A stretch of 64,000 nucleotides of DNA, from the NCBI GenBank assembly GCA_044892525.1, contig CM097886.1, positions 73,904,001-73,968,000 of the forward strand, read 5' to 3'. The translations under genes were made by a program, and so were the position numbers. Positions 41,158 to 49,222 of this stretch are shown piece by piece. Source of the DNA: Schmidtea polychroa. Its lineage: Eukaryota. A model generated the notes under the pieces. That model was not told the DNA's origin, searched no databases, and worked only from the letters and a program-made list of their open reading frames with translations. Positions within the stretch are counted from its first letter, which is position 1. Every line of letters begins with the position of its first letter.

Positions 41158-43411
41158 ATGAACAAAAAAGGTTATAATAAAAAAGGCAATAAAAGTTACA
41201 AGAACCAACGTAATCAAAATAGAGATTTCAGACAATTTACTAATGGACATTCGACTGATGAAGGTATTTAATTTAATAGATTTATAATTTTTTTAATTTC
41301 TATGATTTAGAAAATAATGAAAATGAAAGTGAAAATATAAAATTGGCAATGTGGGATTTAGAACAGTGCAATTCGAAGATTTGTAGTGGAAGAAAACTTG
41401 TTCGATTAGGACGAGTCAAAATACTAAAAATGAATGAAACATTTAATGGAATAGTTTTAGCTCCCGATGCAACTAAATGTATTGACCCGGAAATTGATTT
41501 AGAAATAATGAAAAAAAGTGGTTTGGCAGTTGTTGATTGCAGTTGGGCCCAAGTCACTACTACAGATTTTCGCAAATTGAAATATAAACACGCTCGATTA
41601 TTGCCTTATTTATTGGCTGCTAATCCTGTGAATTACGGTAAACCCAGCAAATTGAATTGTGCGGAAGCATTGGCGGGATTTTTAGCAATTTTCAACCTAC
41701 GCGAACAAGCTGAAGATTTGATGAATTGTTTCGGTTGGGGTCACAGTTTCATGGAATTAAACGAATCCCTCTTAGACGCATATTCTCAATGCAATACCAC
41801 AACTGACGTATTGAAATGCCAAGATGAATTACTGGATACGATGGATCAGGAAATAGAGGACCACAAAGCCCAAAAATCTCTGACATACGACAATGTTTAT
41901 GCCGAACTCGATAGAGAATTGAAATCGGAATCCGAGGAGGAACAAATCAAAGAATCAGAAATCGATCCGGAATTGAAAATCGCAGATCTCAATATAAAAG
42001 AATGCGATCACAACTCCAAAACGGAAACCGCTCGAGTTCTCACAGATGCCGACATTTCCCAACTGGAAACTCAGGAAAAATCGATAATCAAACACGATGA
42101 AACGGAGAAGTTGGAAAAGGAAGCGAAGAAAAACTGGGATTTGTTTTACAAGCGAAATAAAACAAATTTCTTCAAGGATCGCCATTGGCTGAATAGGGAA
42201 TTTGCGGATCTCGAGCTGTTCTACAGCCCCACCAAATCCTCCGATCAAATCGGTGATTCAGATCGAGCTATTCGGATTTTATTGGAATCTGGCTGTGGAG
42301 TCGGTAATTTCATTTTGCCGTTGCTCGATGAGGTGTCGACAGTCGAGGGCAATCGATGCCGATATTTCTGTTGCGATTTCTCTCCGGTTGCCATTTCACT
42401 TCTGGTTCAAGATCCTCGCTACCAATTGGCCAATAGGAATGCGATCGCTCACGCATTCGTTGCAGACCTCACGCATGATCAGCTGACTGCCACTGTTGAC
42501 AATGTCGATCTCGTTACGTGCGTTTTTGTCCTGTCGGCTATTCACCCAGATAAACACGTGTTTGCGTTGCGCAATCTCTTTTCGTGAGTTTTATGTTAAT
42601 TTTTTGATTGGCTTTACTTTCTGCTCAATTTGAGCACTAAATATCAATGTATACATGCACATGAGGTTTGCACATAATTTCTGTTGATTTTGATTGGGAT
42701 ATATTATTGATTATCGATTTTTATAATTTTAGAAATCATTTAAATATGATTTTATTGAATTTATTCTTTCCACTAAATATTGATTTACAACATATATTTA
42801 TGTTGTTTTTGCATTCTTGTTTGATTGGGTTATATTATTTATTATTGTTTTTAATATCGAAATTTCTAATCAATAAAACATCAATCATCAATGAAATAAG
42901 CATTAATTATCGATTTATTACAATTCTACTATATTGTGAGACATGTTCTTTATTGAATTATTTGAATAATTTATTGAATTTAACCTTTCTGCTCAATGTT
43001 TGCACTAAATATCTAGTTAAACTGTTTTCATTTCACTCTAATTTGCCATGTTTGCTCAATATTATCACCAAATATCGATTTATTTATTTATTAGTTATTA
43101 TTTTTAGAGTCATTAAACCTGGGGGTAAATTGTTGTTTCGTGATTATGGACTATACGATCAAGCTCAGTTGAGATTCGGTAGACGGACAAAACTTGCTGA
43201 CAATTGGTATACTCGTCAAGATGGGACGAGAAGTTATTTTTTTTCGAGGGAATATTTGAAAAATATTGTCGAGGAAGCTTTACCAGGAGAAGTTGTTTTC
43301 AAACAATGTGTTTATGTCCAAACGAAAACAGAAAACAAAGCAGAGGGTTTGAGTGTTGATCGAATATTTATTCAAGCTGTTGTCGAACGTTTAACATTTT
43401 CATTTTTGTGA
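41158..43411 (+). CDS. TSR3-METTL6: TSR3-METTL6 fusion gene (exons 41158-41263, 41311-42583, 43108-43411; 560 aa)
   Basis: The TSR3 domain continues in frame through an acidic linker into METTL6 motifs (ARVLT, EAKKNWDLFYKRNKTNFFKDRHW, LLESGCGVGN, CDFS, FVLSAIHP). The intron TC|GTGAGT...TTTAG|A restores the frame into VIKPGGKLLFRDYGLYD and RQDGTRSYFF. Spliced length is 1,683 nt. Confidence 0.88.
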
Positions 43412-43779
43412 AAAATATAATTTATTATAATAAAATCAAAAAATTATAAAACAATAATTTATAATTGAATAGTTATAGTCCTTTGTTAATACAGTTAAAG
43501 ATTTATTGTTAGTGTTGAAATATTCAAATAAAAATAGTTATGGAAGCAGTGAGAAGCTCCCTCCACTCTATTTTCTCAAAACAAACTTTACTATTTTCAA
43601 AAATACAGTACATGTATATAATTAATTTATAGCTATGATTTGTAAGAATTATTTTTGGCTCTTATTCTTTTATTAAACTTTTGATATTACTTATATTATA
43701 TAATCTATGAAACCATTTTGTGTTTATCCAATGAATGATAAATCTTTATTTGAGCTCAAAAGAATCAAAGAATCATTTA

Positions 43780-44739
43780 ACATTCTTCTAAATAAAATTT
43801 TATCCAATCAAAATTTGCTGAAATCAATCTCGAACTGAAGGAGAAAGATTGTAAGATTGATTTGGTTATTGATAAATTAAATTCTAATTCATTTTTAAAT
43901 AATTTTAAAGTTAAAATTACAAAATAAAATTACAAAGTTAATGGAAGTTAATAAGAAATGAATTATTGGAAGTAATATCAAACAGTAATATCAAACACAC
44001 CGATATGACTCAATCAAATCAGCATGAATTACATAATGGTGAAATGAATCAGGAATATTTTGCTTTTCTCAGAAATCAAATTCAATCAAATGTTGCTGGA
44101 GACTCTTGAAGCAATCCAAGCTATTATCATTTGAAGGTTTAGTAGGAAGAATCAATCTAATGGAGAAGAAGTTCAACTTGTTACAATGTAACATTGATTT
44201 GATTTTTGATAGATTAATAATTAGATTAAATTAATAAAAAGATTAATAATTAAAATAAAAATTCACGAGCAGGATTTGAAACCTGACACAATCTAATCAA
44301 CAAGAATTACATAAAGAATTGCACAATGGGGAAATGAATCAGATGGAATATTTTGCTCTTCTCCGAAATCAGATTCAATCAAATCAAACGTTAAAGGAGT
44401 CAAAATTCAGTCTGATGGTGAAGAACTTGTTAAAATGTAAGATTGATTTGATTTTTGATAAGTTAAATGATAGTTCATTTTTTGATAATTTTGTTAATTG
44501 TAGTAAGATTAATTTAATTAATTCTAAAATTCAAACTAAATCAACAAATGATTTAACGCAAGTTATTAAGGAATCATTTGTTGATGCAGTTATTAAAGAT
44601 CCTAAATAATTAAATAAAAAAAAGTTTAATTTTGGAAAAGAATCAAAGAAGAATTTTCATTAATAAATTTCCCAATTTTAAAAAATTATTAAAATAAAAA
44701 TTCTAAATAAAAGATATGAAAATTCATTAATTAATAAAG
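43780..44739 (+). mobile_element. Three stacked, decayed 5'-end (ORF1 start) relics of the tRNA-targeting retrotransposon
   Basis: Segments at about 43780-43920, 43980-44230 and 44285-44739 each match the first 150-550 bp of ORF1 (e.g. tgtaagattgatttg, gaaatgaatcag..gaatattttgct), with indels. Confidence 0.75.
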
Positions 44740-46395
44740 CTTCTTGATGAATATCACACACAAACTATAAGTCATTTCTTCAGACTTTTTACATCAAAAT
44801 GTGATTTTACTAAACAGATAAATATAGACTCTTTAAAATATGTCACTGGGTCTCGACTTGATAAAACTGACCCTACACTTCAGGAAAGCTTTAATTGGAT
44901 TAATGGTGCTGAACAGATTCGACATCACTCTGGCACAAAAACTCGTTTTCGTCGACCACGAACAGCCATACAGTTTTTTCAAAGAACACATAATATTACA
45001 ATATCTTTTGAAGTGTTGGATGATGAACCTGTTCTTCGCTTTACAACAATTTCGAATGGAACATTCATGTTGACTAGCAAAGATAGAAGTATGATCTCGA
45101 AAGTTTTTCACCTTGCTCTCTATGATTCGTATTTCACTAAATGGAAAAATAGTAACATAAGTGGATCTCTAGCATTTTCTCTGTCACCTAATATTAACAA
45201 AGCAATTTTTAAAGGAGAATTAAGTGAAGCTCCATGGAAATTCATTCATCGAGCTAGAACTAATACATTGGCCAATTTTGCAAAACCTTACAGACAACTT
45301 GAGAATCAAACGTGTAGACGATGTCATGATGAACCGGAAACTTTGCCACATGTTTTGCAAACTTGTAAGGTCCATCAAACTCTTGCACTTAATCGTCACA
45401 ACGATTGCCTCCAACAGATAGTTCACCATTTGAAAGACCCTTCACTCATTGTTGTTGTAGATCACATTTGTTCCTTGGTACCAAATTCTAAAGAACGTGT
45501 TGACTTGATTATAACAAACAATAGTAAAAAGACAATTTATATGGTTGACATCAAATGTCCGTTTGATTCGCTAGTGACATTTGATAATGTAAATAATAAA
45601 AATTTAGCAAAATATGATTCTTTGAAAAAGGAAATACAAGCTGTAAAACCTAATTTCACTGTGGAACTTCATACTTGTATTATTGGTTCCATTGGATCAG
45701 TTCCCCCAGTAACGTATGATCTGCTTAAAAAAATAGGTGTTTCGGATGGTAAAATACATGGATTATTGAAAGCATGTGCATTAAATAATATAACGCACTC
45801 TGCTAAAATATGGCATTTTCATGCGACTGGCATGCTTCCAGATCATTAAATAAATATTAATTAAATTTTGCTATCATTATCGGAATTGTTTGAATTGTGA
45901 GTTGTTGTTTTCTTTTTCAATGGTCTTATCATGATTACTTTGATAATTATAAACATTTCACAAGTCTGTCCATCAGAACAGCAAATCTTCCTATTATTCT
46001 AGTGAAATAAAGACAAATGAATTTAACTCCTGCCTGATGATTGATAGCTGCAGTGACATTCTGAGGAACTCAAAACCAAGAAATCATGAAAGCTGTCTAG
46101 ATTCAAAGAATGACTTCAATTATAATGTCAACAGTCAAAATATTCAAATCTGTTTTTTCAACTCAGTCCCTCCAAGAAAGTTGAAATTGCAATGCCGGCA
46201 CAGATGACCGATGAAAATCAGAATAGCCAGAGAAAATTCAATGAGTGAAATAATATTGAGACAAATATTTCCCAAAAATGATATATTAGTTGAAAAATTG
46301 TCTCTCTGGCGAAGAAACTCATGAATGGCGGATTCCAAGCAGAATCATCTCATTATCAAAATATAAAAAAACTTGTTATAATAATAAATGTTTAA
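44740..46395 (+). mobile_element. 5'-truncated copy of the RLE retrotransposon (end of RT region, CCHC finger, RLE, 3' UTR)
   Basis: Near-identical to the element from cttcttgatgaatatc onward, with the same 3' junction tttaa|ACTCAAG. Confidence 0.92.
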
Positions 46396-46467
46396 ACTCA
46401 AGTGCTAACTTACGCTGGGTGTTCTGGTCTCCGAATGGAGGCGTGGGTTCAAATCCCACTTCTGACA
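46396..46467 (+). pseudogene. 3' part of tRNA-Leu(CAA), interrupted by the element
   Basis: ACTCAAG-intron-TTCTGG...CTGACA is identical to 62995-63066; the 5' 31 nt are absent. Confidence 0.95.
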
Positions 46468-46611
46468 TATTTTTTTTCATTGTCATTTTACAAATAATGT
46501 TCTTGTTTTCTCATAGAATTGGTGTTTGAGTTTTTGAAAAAACTCTAAATCAAATGTTTCCATGTTTAGATAATTGACATTTTTTAAAGATAAAATCAAA
46601 AACATCAAAAA

Positions 46612-46682
46612 TGCATCGGCCGGGAATCGAACCCGGGTCGCCCGCGTGGCAGGCGAGCATTCTACCACTGAACCACCGATGC
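46612..46682 (-). tRNA. tRNA-Gly(GCC)
   Basis: Reverse complement GCATCGGTGGTTCAGTGGTAGAATGCTCGCCTGCCACGCGGGCGACCCGGGTTCGATTCCCGGCCGATGCA. Confidence 0.97.
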
Positions 46683-46916
46683 TACGAGAATAAGGTCATT
46701 TTGCATTTCTACTAATTCAACAATTCAAATTCAATATCGAAAGGATAGGGCATTTGCAATTATCAAATCAAATTCAAAAATAACAAAATAAAAACAATCT
46801 CCCTTTTTTGATTTAGGAAATTTTATTATGAAAGTCTAACAAAAATTGTCAACAACTTTTCCAGATTTAATTTTAAATAACAAAAGTGGAGAGATTGTCA
46901 ATGACAAGGAAAAATT

Positions 46917-46988
46917 AGGTCCCACCGAGATTTGAACTCGGGTCGCTGGATTCAGAGTCCAGAGTGCTAACCGCTACACCATGGGACC
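46917..46988 (-). tRNA. tRNA-Gln(CTG)
   Basis: Reverse complement GGTCCCATGGTGTAGCGGTTAGCACTCTGGACTCTGAATCCAGCGACCCGAGTTCAAATCTCGGTGGGACCT, followed by a T5 terminator. Confidence 0.97.
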
Positions 46989-47062
46989 ACATTTAGAGAT
47001 TATTTCCAAACAGGAATATCAAACAATCGAAAACTTGTCAACAACTTCAATCACACACCGAA

Positions 47063-49222
47063 ATGACGCAATCTAATCAACGTGAATTGCATAAGGAATT
47101 GCATAATGGAGAAATGAATCAGTTGGAATATTTTGCTCTTCTCCGAAATCAAATCCAATCAAATCAAACGTTGCTGGAATCAATCGTGGAACCATCTATG
47201 CTTTTTCCTTATGAAGATTTGTCAAGAAAATTTAGTCTGATGGAGAAGAATTTCAACTTGTTAAAATGTAAGATTGATTTGATTTTTGATAAGTTGAATG
47301 ATAATTCTTTTTTTGATGATTTTGGTAATGATTGTAAAATTAATTTAATTAATTCTCAAATTCAAACTGAATCAACAAATGATTTAACGCAGGTTATTAA
47401 GGAATCATTTGTTGATACAGTTATTAAAGATCCTAAACCTTTAAATAAAAAAACGTTTAAAAGTAATAATGTTAAAGATTCATTTAGGAAAGAAAATTTT
47501 AACTTTGATTCTTTTCCACGAATTTTGGAAAAGAGTCAAAGAAGAATTTTCATTAATAAATTTCCACATTTTAAAAAATTATTAAAATTAAAAAACTCAA
47601 AATATAAGGATGATACCATTAATAATGAGATTTCCTTAATTAATAAATCGGATTTGGGTTTTAAAATTGGCGATAAGGACAAATTCTTTTATCGAAATGG
47701 CAATTTTTGCATTTCGATAAAATTAAATAAGAATGATAAAGTTAAGGTTGATGTTCAGGGCGATAGGAATAAGAAATCACAAATAATAAATAAAACTTTG
47801 ATTTCTAATATTATTAATTTTAATCTTAGTAATTCAAAATTGATTTCTGCTCCTTTAGCGATAAGAAAGTTTTTATTTGCTCTTTCTACAAAACTTTCTG
47901 ATACTGTTAATATTAAAAACGAAATTCATAAGGGTTCCGTTATTAATAAAGCTCTTAATAGTTTAAAATCAGAAAATCAGCTACCAGACTTTCTTGTGAA
48001 ATCCGATTTAAGATATATTGATGGTGACTTTTTTATGAGGGATCTTCTTACTTTAGGAAATGTCGACAATGATTCTTTAAGCATAGGATCATCAATTTTG
48101 ACAAGGAAACAAGTAGAAAGACTTTATATAGATTTCCCAGAAATTAGGGAAATGTTTTTTGTTGAAAACATTTCTAAAAATCCTGATAAATTAATTAATT
48201 TAATAAATTACTTAAAGTTAAATAAAGAATTTCCTAATGATATTTCTTTTTCTGAAGGTAAATTTATTAGTGCTCATAAATCTAAGAAAATTGAACCTGA
48301 CTTGAACACTGCTTCTGACATAATGTTTAATCTTGGGTTATTCGATTTAATTGAAGTATCTAAAAACGATATTGAATTTGATAGAATTTTATCACTACCT
48401 GTATCTTCGACTAAAATTGTAGAAATAATTTTCCATCTCAACTATTTGAAGTTGAAGGATGATATTAAATATTCTAGTAACATAAGTTATGGTAATTATG
48501 TTTTAAACTATTTCCGTAATGTTTTACTCCTTCATTCTATAATTGATCGTGCACAGTGCAACTCGTTGACAATTGATTCTCTTGAAATATGGGCTTCTGA
48601 ATTAATTGATAAAATTCCTTCTAATTCTTATTTTAAAATTAGTTGTCAAGAGAAGTTAATAAAATATAAAAAGTGGTTACTGACTGGTGAAATCGATAAG
48701 TTAAAAAATATAATTTCACCCGATACAATTAAAAGAATAAATATATTTCTAAATTTATTTAATAAATCATTTATCGAAAAAGTGGACCGGTTGAATAATA
48801 TAAACTCGTTACTTGCTCACATCAATGATTTTCGTTATGAAAATAGTGATAATATTACAATTAAAGCTAAAAGATTATTATATTTCGTGATTAGAGATAA
48901 GAAAAAGTTTCTAATTAAAAATAGAAATGACTTTCAGATACCAATGAAATGTCGAAAACTCTGTAGTATAGAAATGAGCTTGGTTATCTTTGATCTTATC
49001 GATTCTCTTGAAACTCTGATAGCTTGCAAAGAACCATCTAACTCTGTCAAATCCACTGATAACTTTGATATCTCTAATAAAGAAAAAAAATCGACTGTCG
49101 AAACTATCATTTTACCAACTGATATTGATGAGGATGCATCAGGTTTGGAATCCAAAATTACAGATAGTAAAAAGATGATGACTAGAAATAATCTAAAATT
49201 GTCAAATGCCACATCCAAGTGA
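47063..49222 (+). CDS. Retrotransposon ORF1, 719 aa, unknown function (copy A)
   Basis: ATG 19 nt inside the element. Likely N-terminal coiled coil; no recognisable zinc finger or Myb motif. Ends in a TGA that is in frame with ORF2. Confidence 0.85.
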   Translation: MTQSNQRELHKELHNGEMNQLEYFALLRNQIQSNQTLLESIVEPSMLFPYEDLSRKFSLMEKNFNLLKCKIDLIFDKLNDNSFFDDFGNDCKINLINSQIQTESTNDLTQVIKESFVDTVIKDPKPLNKKTFKSNNVKDSFRKENFNFDSFPRILEKSQRRIFINKFPHFKKLLKLKNSKYKDDTINNEISLINKSDLGFKIGDKDKFFYRNGNFCISIKLNKNDKVKVDVQGDRNKKSQIINKTLISNIINFNLSNSKLISAPLAIRKFLFALSTKLSDTVNIKNEIHKGSVINKALNSLKSENQLPDFLVKSDLRYIDGDFFMRDLLTLGNVDNDSLSIGSSILTRKQVERLYIDFPEIREMFFVENISKNPDKLINLINYLKLNKEFPNDISFSEGKFISAHKSKKIEPDLNTASDIMFNLGLFDLIEVSKNDIEFDRILSLPVSSTKIVEIIFHLNYLKLKDDIKYSSNISYGNYVLNYFRNVLLLHSIIDRAQCNSLTIDSLEIWASELIDKIPSNSYFKISCQEKLIKYKKWLLTGEIDKLKNIISPDTIKRINIFLNLFNKSFIEKVDRLNNINSLLAHINDFRYENSDNITIKAKRLLYFVIRDKKKFLIKNRNDFQIPMKCRKLCSIEMSLVIFDLIDSLETLIACKEPSNSVKSTDNFDISNKEKKSTVETIILPTDIDEDASGLESKITDSKKMMTRNNLKLSNATSK

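Larger units (their letters stand above)
19883..42056. repeat. Tandem segmental repeat, 6,843-bp unit, about 3.24 copies (D-B-D-B-D-B-D; D=1,645 bp, B=5,198 bp)
   Basis: ORFs recur at exact 6,843-bp offsets. Identity starts at aaagtttttgttggg (19883/26726/33569/40412) and ends at gccgacatt (21527/28370/35213/42056). Confidence 0.97.

Noticed and set aside
42668-43107. N-terminal hydrophobic part of the 247-aa ORF 42668-43411
   Set aside because: It lies inside intron 2 (42584-43107) and starts at a TTG. Only 43108-43411 has METTL6 motifs.
44260-44286. Reverse-strand tRNA T-arm-like fragment (caggtttcaaatcctgctcgtga)
   Set aside because: It is too short and an imperfect B box, and cannot be assigned to a tRNA.
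42057-47000. Functional link between METTL6 (acts on tRNA position 32) and the adjacent tRNA array or insertion near position 31/32
   Set aside because: METTL6 is known to act on tRNA-Ser, which is absent from this array. Adjacency alone is not evidence.
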